DNA of 64,000 nucleotides from a virus. Its lineage: Duplodnaviria; Heunggongvirae; Uroviricota; Caudoviricetes. The stretch is from positions 285,489-349,488 of IMG/VR virus record IMGVR_UViG_3300028914_000001. One strand, written 5' to 3'. How positions within the stretch are numbered: position 1 is the stretch's first letter; every line of letters starts with the position of its first letter. Below the pieces are notes generated by a model. The model did not search any database and was not told the origin of the DNA. It saw only the letters and a program-made list of their open reading frames with translations. Shown here in pieces: positions 18,001 through 27,401 of this stretch. The position numbers were made by a program, and so were the translations under genes.

Positions 18001-19143
18001 TTCGATTCCGCTGGTATTAACTGTTTCCTTGGTTTTAAGTCCAAAGATACGGGTAACCTTGATGTTGCCATCTGGTTCCCTCAACAGGATTTCGGAGCCC
18101 ATCTTGACATTAGCAAAATCGACTTCGCCAGTTTCCGTCTTGATGTAGTTCATCTCGCCGTACTTCTTTACAGCACGGTTAGCAACAGCTGTCTTGACTT
18201 CGAGGTAGTCTACACCAGTTGTCGCATCGTCGTTATTGCAGAAGAATGTTGCCGTAGTGTTGGTTAGTGACGGGATGTTCTCCTGCTCGGTCTCGTACTC
18301 GGCGACAACCTGTGTATCCAGAATCTTGTTGACGGTTGCGTACACACCCTTCTCGCTATCAACGAAGTTTGAAGCAGGGAAGTAGATTACGTCGCCAACG
18401 CTGAATGCAGGAACGGAGTCGCAAACGAGTGTTACAAGCTTCTTGTTTTCTCCGCCGATGTCTTTTCGTACGGTTGCCGTGTAACGGTCTGCTGCACGCT
18501 TTGCCGCAGTCGGGTCGCTGTTGACGAGAGCGAAGAGCACCACGTTGGTGTCGGAACGCACATCAGACGGCTTGCCTTCCTCGTTGAACTCTTCACCAGC
18601 GGTAAGCTGGAAGTCCACATTGGAGTTCTCTGCTATGGTTTCCTGAATGGTGTTAATCTTGCGCTTACCGCCAAAACCAGCGAATCCGTCAGCGATATAA
18701 CGAGTAGCGGCGAAGTGACGGATATCGAAGGATGTGTGAATCACTTCGGTCTTGTTCTCAGCCCTGCTACGAGAATTGTCGTAGTAGTCATCTTTCGCAG
18801 CGTTGCGGTCGAAAGCCACGACGAAAGCGTCGGACTTCAAGTCGGACTTGCGAACGTCGGTCTTTTCCACCTGTTCGCCGTATGGACGAACGAAGTGTAC
18901 GTGGCCGCCGTTGTTAAGCACGGCACGGGTAGCGTACATACCCATGTTCCACTTGGCCTGGTTAAAGCCGAGGCCGAGGATTGAATCCTGGTTCGCCGTA
19001 TTGGTGATTTTCAGGATTTTGTTAAATTCGCCCTTGGGTGAGTAGCCGACAACACCGCCGATTAGAGCCGGATTGTCAATGAAAGAATAACCTGAACGGT
19101 CTTCAATCTTGATGGCCACGCCTGGACTTCCTTTTCTAGCCAT
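15055..19143 (-). CDS. tail sheath protein (T4 gp18-like), about 1362 aa with a large central insertion
   Basis: SPGVAIKIEDRS N-terminus; RKDCFAILD, WWLPPAG, VNP, IWGDFT, ICDDTNNTPDVIDRNEL...LKPTK C-terminus; GAGGG RBS before ATG 19143. Confidence 0.93.
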   Translation of the reverse strand: MARKGSPGVAIKIEDRSGYSFIDNPALIGGVVGYSPKGEFNKILKITNTANQDSILGLGFNQAKWNMGMYATRAVLNNGGHVHFVRPYGEQVEKTDVRKSDLKSDAFVVAFDRNAAKDDYYDNSRSRAENKTEVIHTSFDIRHFAATRYIADGFAGFGGKRKINTIQETIAENSNVDFQLTAGEEFNEEGKPSDVRSDTNVVLFALVNSDPTAAKRAADRYTATVRKDIGGENKKLVTLVCDSVPAFSVGDVIYFPASNFVDSEKGVYATVNKILDTQVVAEYETEQENIPSLTNTTATFFCNNDDATTGVDYLEVKTAVANRAVKKYGEMNYIKTETGEVDFANVKMGSEILLREPDGNIKVTRIFGLKTKETVNTSGIEGKVLTFTPEEAVIEAGDIITFTYQVTVDEETITKTVTGTVESVTLEGVARVTLDATVESEVEQFSAYEISSIGTETCDASAKIVTLNVNTNRPKILNTVVLDNVEASEEFDNELIASFDTENEAKNFMKSINADDSVVATFTDGTEETTKEYVGVKVSGPEVESNTVENTTPHDVEFTVDSVSETGDPRTVTASATIPENASNPVVSGAEISVDTTNNKWVLTYQVAAESAPQQGATVTKSVTYKVTTTTTQYVVTLVFPEDLTGKPSELQTRGMVEVGTVSADDIIQLDTDGKKEYYVTAVTGSGAITITGKNGEEVADNTSLGGKIINLTATTNNILAAFNKEGFAINTYLGNNVTQLSDIADRTKYNTTSTFGVQVPFGTATQYNIGDLVAFVRQKSNKPADPKYFDKNDVYVVQNINTFKDIVILSHANTVEYDDELNIKKFGTNSTWKLVDLTASNANIWTSGKDGLTFNMLGAYDLTVPASVQENKFLANDDGILTFDYTTYNDGVVQRTDKLLVSDEIGASFNAMGLASVKYEDVNFNGVAKQVYVLSAEGEAIARMYLYITYHFNGKTYEMEGTIVPYVHDDGNLYIGDVADSVLTDSGARLLINDSGILDNFLTNNAYDLSQSVENGHLDSVSTMLSYDERDPAIINDAIWEYTPANNSDSATLSNAWNLFLDKDGTDVSMLIGAGTGVKNLFKKNREVLDGTVISAILNVCELRKDCFAILDGVGEANIETTLKKMIGAQGFGVKGRWGAIYDGRGVFFDSYYTLMNVEVVKSVQLASIITANAANGIWWLPPAGEINAVIPTEWGVTEKYPRTFKYPEDTDSNIARLTEIRVNPTRFNSRGMFIWGDFTMQKESSAFDQIHVAMLLAGIHKMFYHYLDRKVFQLNTTNLRTNIQSDLQAQLDAIMNSNPAGLYSGTAICDDTNNTPDVIDRNELHVDLRLKPTKTSRWITLRTIVESNGSSNTQTTSLYV

Positions 19144-19175
19144 AATACCCTCTATTTGGTCATTACTCATCATAA

Positions 19176-19183
19176 AGTTTATG
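19176..19183 (-). promoter_or_regulatory. putative late promoter CATAAACT
   Basis: One-mismatch copy of TATAAACT upstream of the sheath. Confidence 0.55.
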
Positions 19184-19275
19184 TAGTGGCCACAATTTTG
19201 AAAAAAAATCCGAAAATTGACCCTTGCCGAGGGTGGGTTGCAAAATGTATTTTAATGGTAAAATATGGGTGCAAT

Positions 19276-19563
19276 ATGCAGAGAATCACTACACAGTTAT
19301 ACAGGATAGCCAAATTTATAGGCATTTTGGGCATATTCAAGGACTTCTTCGGCGATGAAGTCAAGCTGTCTAAACTCTACCGTGTTCTTATGGGCGCTTT
19401 GATAGCGTATATCGTGGGCAGGACTGCCTACATGTCGTACCGGGTGTTCAAGAACGGGTATGTAAAGGAGATTCAGCGTCGTGTGGACGACGATGACGAA
19501 GGTGGCGATTATGGAAATTACGGAGACAATGAAGGCGATGCTCCGTTCCCCGAAGAAGAGTAA
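19276..19563 (+). CDS. putative membrane protein with acidic tail (start uncertain)
   Basis: Hydrophobic VLMGALIAYIVG segment. Confidence 0.45.
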   Translation: MQRITTQLYRIAKFIGILGIFKDFFGDEVKLSKLYRVLMGALIAYIVGRTAYMSYRVFKNGYVKEIQRRVDDDDEGGDYGNYGDNEGDAPFPEEE

Positions 19564-19572
19564 GGTGCAAGT

Positions 19573-21159
19573 ATGAGTAGTAACAACGAGACTCCAAAAC
19601 CACTGATTAAAGTAGATTTTAAGACTCTTGACGAATGGAAGAAGTTCGGATGGAAGGAAAAGCTTGGCTGGGTACGTCATGTATTCCGTGACAATGTCGG
19701 TAACATCAAGGGCATAATCAGCGACAACCTGAATGACCTGTTTGATGTCCTTCATGCGGCATCCAGCCGTGGCACGATATACAGGAAGATGGTGGACCTG
19801 GGCAAAATCACTATGTCTTCGACCAAGTTCCTGTCTGGCCTTGAGGAAATCCTTACGAAGGAAACCCGTATCGCAAGTACGCAGTACGACTATATCCTTA
19901 AATGGGTCCATTGCCAGTCTATTGACGACTTGTTCATCAACGATGCCAGCATCAACTCGGATATCGTGAGAACATTCGCTGAGAACATCAAGAAGATTTC
20001 CGAGAGCGGGGCGTTTAAAATCAAGAAGATGGAGTACGACCCGAAGTCGAAAAGCAATGGGCACGACGTGTCTGTGAACTACCTCCTCGAATACACTGGT
20101 GACGTTCGGGATGCTGTGGGCATGGAAATTTTCGTCCACTGTGCATACTTCAATACTACGGACAATGCGGCAAAGTCGGTCAACCTTTCTTCGAAGGGTT
20201 CGTTCCTGGTTGCAGTCAACATGGTCGGAAGCAACGCCCCGTATATTGACAAGATTGAAAACAACGGTGACGGGCTGTTTATTGTCTACCATTCTATGCT
20301 CATGGTGGCGCTGCAGAACTATGTCAAGAGCCTTGATGTCAGCAACAATTATGTGAAGCTCGACCCGTACGGAGACCTTAGGGCCACGTCCAGACGCCTC
20401 GTCCCGTTCAATATCGACAACTTCGACAAGGACTCCATCATCACCGAGATGAAGAGGTGTCTCGAACAGGGTAAGCGCCGTGGATACATGTTCATGGGTG
20501 ACCCCGGCACTGGCAAGACCGAGTCAATCCAGAAGCTGCTTGAACAGTTTACCGACATTCCTGTGTTCTGGGTGGACAGCTCGTCGCTAAGTTCCTATAC
20601 GGCGATTCATGACGTGTTCAAGACACTGCATTACTTCCCGAAGTCAATCTGTGTTTTTGACGATATCGACGCCTTGGACCTCACGGCCAAGTCTGACAAG
20701 ACTACCGCCTTTATCGAATGCATGGATTGCAAGGATGACAGCCTTGCCTACAACGGAATTGTCATCATGACGGTCAACGAGCCGACCCGAGTCCATTCTT
20801 CAATCAAGTCTAGGCCGGGTCGTATCGACAAGATTATATACATCAAGAACCCTGAGTCCATCGACAGCGTATTCGATGTCATCACTCAGAGGTATGTCAG
20901 GGCGGACCACGAGATGCCGTCCAAGTTCAGCATGAAGAACAAGAAGTTCGTGGCATGCATGCAGAAATGCATCGACGCCAACTTCACTCACGCCCACATC
21001 GCCGGAATCATCGATGACATCATCTATCTTTCCGAGACGAAGGGCGACGCTCTCATCAAGGAACTTTCAAAGAGAATCGACGACCGCATCATGTCCATCA
21101 AGTACGCCAACATGAAGACTAAGAACGGTTATTTCGAGAAGGGGAGCCTTTCGGACTAA
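19573..21159 (+). CDS. AAA+ ATPase with long N-terminal domain
   Basis: RRGYMFMGDPGTGKT, VFDDID, TVN, RPGRID. Confidence 0.85.
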   Translation: MSSNNETPKPLIKVDFKTLDEWKKFGWKEKLGWVRHVFRDNVGNIKGIISDNLNDLFDVLHAASSRGTIYRKMVDLGKITMSSTKFLSGLEEILTKETRIASTQYDYILKWVHCQSIDDLFINDASINSDIVRTFAENIKKISESGAFKIKKMEYDPKSKSNGHDVSVNYLLEYTGDVRDAVGMEIFVHCAYFNTTDNAAKSVNLSSKGSFLVAVNMVGSNAPYIDKIENNGDGLFIVYHSMLMVALQNYVKSLDVSNNYVKLDPYGDLRATSRRLVPFNIDNFDKDSIITEMKRCLEQGKRRGYMFMGDPGTGKTESIQKLLEQFTDIPVFWVDSSSLSSYTAIHDVFKTLHYFPKSICVFDDIDALDLTAKSDKTTAFIECMDCKDDSLAYNGIVIMTVNEPTRVHSSIKSRPGRIDKIIYIKNPESIDSVFDVITQRYVRADHEMPSKFSMKNKKFVACMQKCIDANFTHAHIAGIIDDIIYLSETKGDALIKELSKRIDDRIMSIKYANMKTKNGYFEKGSLSD

Positions 21160-21166
21160 AACATAG

Positions 21167-21190
21167 AACCTAGTTATTTAACTAGGTTTT
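21167..21190 (+). terminator. probable terminator
   Basis: AACCTAGTT-attt-AACTAGGTT followed by T tract. Confidence 0.55.
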
Positions 21191-21251
21191 TGCTATGTTC
21201 TGACGGCATTAAACATTCATCAAAAAATGTGGATACTTGTGGGAAAAGGTC

Positions 21252-21259
21252 TATAAACT
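21252..21259 (+). promoter_or_regulatory. TATAAACT motif upstream of nrdD
   Basis: Exact motif. Confidence 0.55.
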
Positions 21260-21283
21260 ACAAGCACACATTAAGGAATCTGT

Positions 21284-24046
21284 ATGATTAAGTACGTAAT
21301 TAAAAGAGATGGCCGACGTGCCAAATTTAATCCAGTTAAAATTTCTGACGCAATCACGAGTGCTTTCCTCGACAAGGAGATGCAGGTCGGGAAGAGGGAA
21401 CTAGAAAATCTGACCGACAAGGTCTGTGACAAGATTGAAGCCTCTACGGACAAGCCGACGGTTAGCGTCGAGACTATCCAGGACATCGTTGAAGATGTAC
21501 TCATGTCCAAGGACAAGTACAAGGAAGTTGCCAAGGCTTACATCCTTTACCGGGCGGAAAGAACCCGCAAGCGTGAATCCAAGAGCAAGATTATCAGCAC
21601 CATTCAGGAAATCAAGGCTGCCGACCTCAAAAGTTCCAACATCCTCCGTGACAACGCAAATGAATCTGGTTGCACTCCCGCAGGAGCATACGGAAAAATC
21701 GCATCAGAGACCAACAAGACTTACAACTTGCTCAATGTCGTGGACCGTAACATCGCCGAGCTCCATTCCAAGGGCTACATGCACATCCATGACCTGAACC
21801 TTTACGACCTCACTTTCAACTGTCTTTTTGCCCCAATCGGGAAGCTGCTGGAAAAGGGCTTCGACTCTGGTACGGGCTTCATCCGTGCCCCCAAGTCAAT
21901 CCAGTCTGCCGCATCTATCACCGCCGTAATCCTGCAGCTTCAATCTAACCAGCAGTTCGGTGGCATCGCTTCCGCAAACCTCGACTTCGAACTCGCCCCC
22001 TATGTGGACATGTCCTTCAAGAAGAATCTTGCGTGGATTATCGCTTCCGAAAAGGTGTTGGGCGAAAGAAGTCTCGGTTTCGAGTCCTTCGATGACATCG
22101 ACAATGCAGAAATCGAGAAGGAAATCAAGAAGGAAGCTCACGCTATCCGCAGCCAGATGGCTAAGGACGGCCTCAGCCTCGACCAGCCGTTCAAGGATGT
22201 CGTCGCAAAGTACGACCGCAAGGCTGTCGTTCAGGCTTACATCAAGACCAAGGACGATACCTACCAGGCGATGGAAGGTCTCGTACACAACCTCAACTCA
22301 TTGCAGTCCCGCTCTGGCAACCAGGTTCCGTTCAGCAGCTTGAACTTTGGCCTTGACACTTCCCGTTGCGGTCGTCTCGTTTCGAGCAACCTTATCGCAG
22401 CACAGATGGCAGGCCTCGGCGACGGACTTACAGCAATCTTCCCGATTCTTATCTTCAAGTACATGAAGGGTGTCACCTATCTCCCGGACGACCCGAACTA
22501 CGATTTGAGGAAGTCTGGTATCGCATGTCTCGCCCGCCGCTTCTACCCGAACGGTGTCGCAGTTGACAACGAGTTCAACGCCCCGTACATCCGCTACGAA
22601 TACAACGACGATTTCAAGCTTACCGATGACACCATTGTCAAGAAGATTGGTAGCGACCGTGTTGCCAAGTATAGTGAAGTCGCTTCCGAAAACGATGTCT
22701 ATCCTCGCTGGGAAGTCCTTGTTGACGGCAAGTACTGGCAGATTTGTAAGGGCCGTCTCCAACGCATCATTCCTGAAAGCACGGTTTCCACGATGGGCTG
22801 CCGCACCCGTGTTATCGGCAACGTGAATGGCCCGGAACAGACTGTTGGCCGTGGCAACCTTGCGTTCCACACACTTAACCTCCCGAAGCTCGCAGTCGAG
22901 GCTCATATCGAGGCTACGACGGAAGCTGACCGCATCAAGCTCTTCAACGAGAAGCTTGACCGTATGCTCGTTGTCGCAAAGAAGTCCCTTGAAGACCGTT
23001 TCGAAGTTATCGCAAAGAAGACGTACGAGAACTTCCCGTTCACGATGCAACAGGGCCTGTATCTCACGTCCGACGACAAGGTTCACGACATTCATGACAC
23101 CATCGCAGAAGTTCTCCGTCAGGGTACTCTCTCCATCGGTTACATCGGCGTTTACGAAGCTGTTCTCGCACTCACGGGCAAGACCTGGGGCAAGGACGAG
23201 GAAGTGTTCGATGTCGGTTACAACATGATTAAGCGTATCCGTGACTTCTGTGACAAGACCCAGAAGGAAACCCACATGAACTGGAGCTGCTTTGCAACTC
23301 CTGCAGAAGCCGTCTGTGGAAGGTTCTGCAACATCGACATGCATCAGTTCATGAGGAACGCCGCACTCGAAGGTGAATTGTTCACGAAGGAAAGTTACGA
23401 TATTGAGGATGCAAATGCTTGCATTTCCGTAAGGAATGTCGCTACGAAGAACAAGGTGTCGATTCCTTATCCTGAACTTCTCGAAAACAAGTCTGCCTAT
23501 GTTGACAAGTACGAATATTGTCATGATGGAAAGTGGGGTATCATCGACTCCATCAGCAAGCAGAAGATTGGCGTCAAGTATTGGACCGACTTCGGTTACC
23601 ACATGTGGGGCAAGGGCTACCTGACCAACTCCCATATGCTTCCGTTCAGCTTGAAGACCACGCTTGCAAACAAAATCAAGTGGGAAGCTCCGTTCCACAA
23701 GATTACCAACGCTGGGCACATCTTCTACCACAAGATGGATGGCGACCTCAGCAAGAACCTCGAAGGTGTCGAACAGGCGATGAACGCAATGTACGAGGGA
23801 GGCATGGGTTACTTCACGGTGACCATGGATTCCGATACGTGCATCGCTCCGCAGCCTAATGGAAAACCGTGCGGATTCCACGGTGTAATCAATGGCCGTT
23901 GCCCGAAGTGCGGTAATATGTTGGAAAAATATATCATTCGTGTAAGAAGAATAACAGGTTATCTTACGGGCGCCCCGCAGAAGTCGATATTTGACGCCTG
24001 GAACCAGGGTAAGATAAATGAATGGGGTGACCGAGTGAACATTTAA
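21284..24046 (+). CDS. nrdD: class III anaerobic ribonucleotide reductase
   Basis: ATP-cone VIKRDG, HIHDL, MGCRT, TPAE, YLTNS, Zn site CPKCG, glycyl-radical loop RRITGYL. Confidence 0.96.
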   Translation: MIKYVIKRDGRRAKFNPVKISDAITSAFLDKEMQVGKRELENLTDKVCDKIEASTDKPTVSVETIQDIVEDVLMSKDKYKEVAKAYILYRAERTRKRESKSKIISTIQEIKAADLKSSNILRDNANESGCTPAGAYGKIASETNKTYNLLNVVDRNIAELHSKGYMHIHDLNLYDLTFNCLFAPIGKLLEKGFDSGTGFIRAPKSIQSAASITAVILQLQSNQQFGGIASANLDFELAPYVDMSFKKNLAWIIASEKVLGERSLGFESFDDIDNAEIEKEIKKEAHAIRSQMAKDGLSLDQPFKDVVAKYDRKAVVQAYIKTKDDTYQAMEGLVHNLNSLQSRSGNQVPFSSLNFGLDTSRCGRLVSSNLIAAQMAGLGDGLTAIFPILIFKYMKGVTYLPDDPNYDLRKSGIACLARRFYPNGVAVDNEFNAPYIRYEYNDDFKLTDDTIVKKIGSDRVAKYSEVASENDVYPRWEVLVDGKYWQICKGRLQRIIPESTVSTMGCRTRVIGNVNGPEQTVGRGNLAFHTLNLPKLAVEAHIEATTEADRIKLFNEKLDRMLVVAKKSLEDRFEVIAKKTYENFPFTMQQGLYLTSDDKVHDIHDTIAEVLRQGTLSIGYIGVYEAVLALTGKTWGKDEEVFDVGYNMIKRIRDFCDKTQKETHMNWSCFATPAEAVCGRFCNIDMHQFMRNAALEGELFTKESYDIEDANACISVRNVATKNKVSIPYPELLENKSAYVDKYEYCHDGKWGIIDSISKQKIGVKYWTDFGYHMWGKGYLTNSHMLPFSLKTTLANKIKWEAPFHKITNAGHIFYHKMDGDLSKNLEGVEQAMNAMYEGGMGYFTVTMDSDTCIAPQPNGKPCGFHGVINGRCPKCGNMLEKYIIRVRRITGYLTGAPQKSIFDAWNQGKINEWGDRVNI

Positions 24047-24065
24047 TGTATAACTCAATAATAAC

Positions 24066-24098
24066 AAAGCCGTTTGAACTTAGTTTCAAACGGCTTTT
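24066..24098. terminator. bidirectional terminator
   Basis: AAAGCCGTTTGAA-cttagt-TTCAAACGGCTTT between convergent genes. Confidence 0.8.
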
Positions 24099-24117
24099 CT
24101 GTATATTCTAGTAAACT

Positions 24118-24885
24118 TTATTTGCTAGTATATGGAAGGTCATCGTTTTTCCATTCAGTTTTAAACCTATGCACATCACGCATGATTCTCCAGGCACATT
24201 GCTCTGGTTCGATTACGCTATCCATTCCAGCATTGTTATCTTCTTGACCCTCCGTGCCGTAGAAAACAGCTTTTACGTCTGCTGCGTCAGGGCCGTTCAT
24301 TGGGTCAAAACTGTACAGGACTTCCTCTTTCTCTTCTGGGCTCACATCATCAAGGAAGTCGATTAAAGATGCGTAGCGTATTCCGCTGAGATGTGTTGAA
24401 TAATTGTCATCAGGGGGCTCGTCCATTCCATGGTTTGGATAAATGAAGCCCAAGCAGACGGTCTTGTACCATACAGTGCATTCGTGTTTTTCATCGTCAT
24501 ATTCCACCGTTACGTCATCATTTCCGCTACGGGATGCGAGTAACTGGTTTATGTGTCTGGCCAAGTTGGATAGTGACCTGTCTCGTACTTCATTGCTGTC
24601 AGCGTCCCAGTCTCCGTTCTTAAACAACCACTCGTTTCTTTGTTTCATGATATGCGGGTGGTCATGATACTCCATCGTCTTTTTAAAGAGAGGGTCTTCA
24701 TGAAACGGCTTGCTATCTAATGGAAAGAATGCATAGCCAGCACCAGTTCCTTCCATAATGGATTTTTCGCTCGCTTCGCACAATACATTGAAACCTTCTT
24801 TTAGTGCAGGCAGTGCGTTCATGCAGTTGAACTTTCGGCATACTCCTTCAAGGAACGCATTCATGGTCTTCTGATATTCTTTCAT
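24118..24885 (-). CDS. hypothetical late protein (candidate internal head protein)
   Basis: TATAAACT upstream on the minus strand; acidic; LCEA/IMEG motifs. Confidence 0.6.
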   Translation of the reverse strand: MKEYQKTMNAFLEGVCRKFNCMNALPALKEGFNVLCEASEKSIMEGTGAGYAFFPLDSKPFHEDPLFKKTMEYHDHPHIMKQRNEWLFKNGDWDADSNEVRDRSLSNLARHINQLLASRSGNDDVTVEYDDEKHECTVWYKTVCLGFIYPNHGMDEPPDDNYSTHLSGIRYASLIDFLDDVSPEEKEEVLYSFDPMNGPDAADVKAVFYGTEGQEDNNAGMDSVIEPEQCAWRIMRDVHRFKTEWKNDDLPYTSK

Positions 24886-24919
24886 AACACTTACTCCGAG
24901 TGTTTGACTTTATACCAGT

Positions 24920-24927
24920 AGTTTATA
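24920..24927 (-). promoter_or_regulatory. putative late promoter TATAAACT
   Basis: AGTTTATA on the plus strand. Confidence 0.6.
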
Positions 24928-25606
24928 CATCCCTGATTTCCATAAGGGTTTCCACCAGGCTTCCATATTTCTTGCTGGTGGAAAATTCGAGGAGGCCCTT
25001 GGTGGTAGCGTCCAGTTCGTAACCACGGTCGTACATGATGTGGCACCTGAGGACTTCGCAAAGCCAGAATGCGTCGGCGATATCGTTCACAGGGGAGTCG
25101 TAGTTTCCCTTGAACTCCTCGGGGAACCATTGCGGATACATTTCCTCCCAGGCTTGGCACATTGCTGGCTTGCCCGCCTTGCCGTTACCCGTTGCGAAAT
25201 TCTTGTTCTGGTCGATGTTGTACGCTATGACTCCTATGCCCCGGTCGAATGCGGAGACTTTGAGGGAACCCGCAATCTGGGCGAGCTGCAGGATGGAGTT
25301 GGTGTCGCATGACTTTTGTTTAAGTTTACCGTAAGCTAAGTCTTCCATCGACATGTACTTAACACCTTCGGTATCTTCCATGAGGTAGTTCGTAATCCAC
25401 GACAGGCGGTGGATGAGGCCTATCTTTGTCCAGTTCTTCGGCAGATGCCTGATGTGTATATTGTCAGTCTCGAAACAGCGTTTCTTTACCTGGTGGTAGC
25501 CATAGAACTGTATGTCCACGATGTCCAGATTCTTGTCCTCGTCGAGAGTCATGATGACCTTGCCGCTCGAATTCAGCGACTGGTCTATTCCCATTATTTT
25601 AAACAT
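24923..25606 (-). CDS. RuvC-like Holliday junction resolvase
   Basis: IMGIDQSLNSSG, MEDLAY, KNFATGNGKAGK, NDIADAF. Confidence 0.8.
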   Translation of the reverse strand: MFKIMGIDQSLNSSGKVIMTLDEDKNLDIVDIQFYGYHQVKKRCFETDNIHIRHLPKNWTKIGLIHRLSWITNYLMEDTEGVKYMSMEDLAYGKLKQKSCDTNSILQLAQIAGSLKVSAFDRGIGVIAYNIDQNKNFATGNGKAGKPAMCQAWEEMYPQWFPEEFKGNYDSPVNDIADAFWLCEVLRCHIMYDRGYELDATTKGLLEFSTSKKYGSLVETLMEIRDV

Positions 25607-25632
25607 TTGCAATCCATTAGGTTCATCTATGG

Positions 25633-25640
25633 TATAAACT
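25633..25640 (+). promoter_or_regulatory. putative late promoter TATAAACT
   Basis: Exact motif upstream of 25671. Confidence 0.6.
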
Positions 25641-25670
25641 ATATTTAATTGGAATCCATAGGATATCAAC

Positions 25671-26018
25671 ATGAAAGTAAAAGCAAACGATTTGTTTGAA
25701 AGCTATCTGAAAACGATTTGTAATTCCCAGGCACAGTTCGAGGCAATCAACAACCTGCACAAGCTCTATTTCGAGTCCGATATGGGTAAGGAAGTGGAAT
25801 GCGGTGATGATGCCGACTGCTGCAAAGGTGAATGCAAGGACGGAAAGTGTGAATGCAAAGACGGCAAATGCGACTGCAAGGATGACAAGTGCGAAGGCAA
25901 GAAGGGTATCAACGAAGCCGTAGGTGAAGATGGCATTGATATCCAGGAAGAAGCAAGAAGGAACGGTCTCAGCGTGCCCGAATATCAGAAAGCGTTGGAG
26001 ATGTTTACCAGCAACTAA
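25671..26018 (+). CDS. small protein with Cys-rich C(E/D)CKDGK repeats
   Basis: CCKGECKDGKCECKDGKCDCKDDKCEG. Confidence 0.65.
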   Translation: MKVKANDLFESYLKTICNSQAQFEAINNLHKLYFESDMGKEVECGDDADCCKGECKDGKCECKDGKCDCKDDKCEGKKGINEAVGEDGIDIQEEARRNGLSVPEYQKALEMFTSN

Positions 26019-26029
26019 GGGGCTTTGTT

Positions 26030-27400
26030 ATGGATAAGAGAGGGTTTAACATTGGGCTGAACGGTCTCAAGGACAAATTCCCCGACAAGTTGATACTTAT
26101 CGAGGGTTTGCAGCGTGCATTTAACCGTGAAGTCCCGTCGATTTCGAGGGAGAACCTTGTCGCCCTGTATCAGAACCCTGCCCAGTTCATGGTGAAGAAG
26201 ATACTTGCGGACGGCCTTTGGACGACTCAGCTCCATGAATGGGCGGATAATGGCCTTGAAGACCTGCTTTACATCAATCCGATTTATCTGGGTGCCAAGA
26301 ACGCCTATGGTGATACCGTGTTGATGAACCTTGTCGAGTACGCTATCGGAAAGACGACGGAGCAAATCAATTTCGATTTCCTTAAAAAGCTACTTGAAAA
26401 CCCGATGGTATTCGAGTACAAGATTAACGAGGACGGGGAAACATGTCAGGAAAGCGTTTGGGATATCAAGGATGTGACCGGGCGCACTCCGATAGACTAC
26501 CTTAGCGATATGGCTAGCGGAACGGGCACTTGTGCTGGATGCGAACCTATCGTTGAACTTGCCCCTCTCATCGCTGAGTGGTCATCCATCATGCAGCAGG
26601 CACTTCCCGCTGAAGATGAAGGTGACATGACCGAAGAACCCGTTGAAGAAGAACAACCTGAGGAACAAGCACCTCCGACGGAAGATGAAATTCTTGCATC
26701 GATTTCTGAATACGAACTTTGCGATGGCGAGTGTAACCCTGGAGAAGATGAACCTCTTGCTGACATGGATGCCGCCGATGGAAGTAATCCAGACACGGGC
26801 ATTGTCGATGAGGCTCCCGCAGATAACGGCGTTGATGAGGAACCCATTCCCGAAGAAGCCCGTGCCATGATTCACGATGAGGTCGGAAAGGACCCGTTCA
26901 TCCGTGACACTGGAAATGTGGAAAGAATCGCTAGGGCTAAGCCGACGGTTACCGAATCTGTATCTGGGGACGCCCCGGAGTACCGTACCCCGACTTATGA
27001 CGAGCTTAAAAGCTTGATTCACAAGTCTTCCGAGAATGAACACCAGAAGTACCGCAACGACTGGGAACAGAACAAGGATGCCATCATTGCCGAAGACGAG
27101 CAGTTTGCCGATGATATCATGTCGGGTTCAGCCGTCGCATTGACCAAGACGGGTGACGACATCGTCATCTACACGCCGCAGGATGGTGGATACTTCATCT
27201 GCGACCTGTACGTGGATGAACCATTGAGGGGTCAGGGCATCGGTTCGGAACTGGTTCAGGAAGTGATTGACCGTGCGGGAGACAGTCCAGTATGCCTTTG
27301 CGTTGCGAAGGGCAATACGGATGCGCAGAACCTGTACGAAAAGTTCGGTTTCAGAAAATGCGGGGAAACCCCTGAGCAATACAAGATGATACGAGCCTGA
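26030..27400 (+). CDS. multidomain protein: ankyrin-like N-terminus, acidic linker, C-terminal GNAT acetyltransferase
   Basis: AKNAYGDTVLM and DIKDVTGRTPIDY (ankyrin-like); LYVDEPLRGQGIGSELV and NTDAQNLYEKFGF (GNAT). Confidence 0.75.
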   Translation: MDKRGFNIGLNGLKDKFPDKLILIEGLQRAFNREVPSISRENLVALYQNPAQFMVKKILADGLWTTQLHEWADNGLEDLLYINPIYLGAKNAYGDTVLMNLVEYAIGKTTEQINFDFLKKLLENPMVFEYKINEDGETCQESVWDIKDVTGRTPIDYLSDMASGTGTCAGCEPIVELAPLIAEWSSIMQQALPAEDEGDMTEEPVEEEQPEEQAPPTEDEILASISEYELCDGECNPGEDEPLADMDAADGSNPDTGIVDEAPADNGVDEEPIPEEARAMIHDEVGKDPFIRDTGNVERIARAKPTVTESVSGDAPEYRTPTYDELKSLIHKSSENEHQKYRNDWEQNKDAIIAEDEQFADDIMSGSAVALTKTGDDIVIYTPQDGGYFICDLYVDEPLRGQGIGSELVQEVIDRAGDSPVCLCVAKGNTDAQNLYEKFGFRKCGETPEQYKMIRA

Positions 27401-27401
27401 T

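Noticed and set aside
21284-24046. Intein or intron in nrdD
   Set aside because: Frame is continuous and no splice-junction or homing endonuclease motifs are visible.
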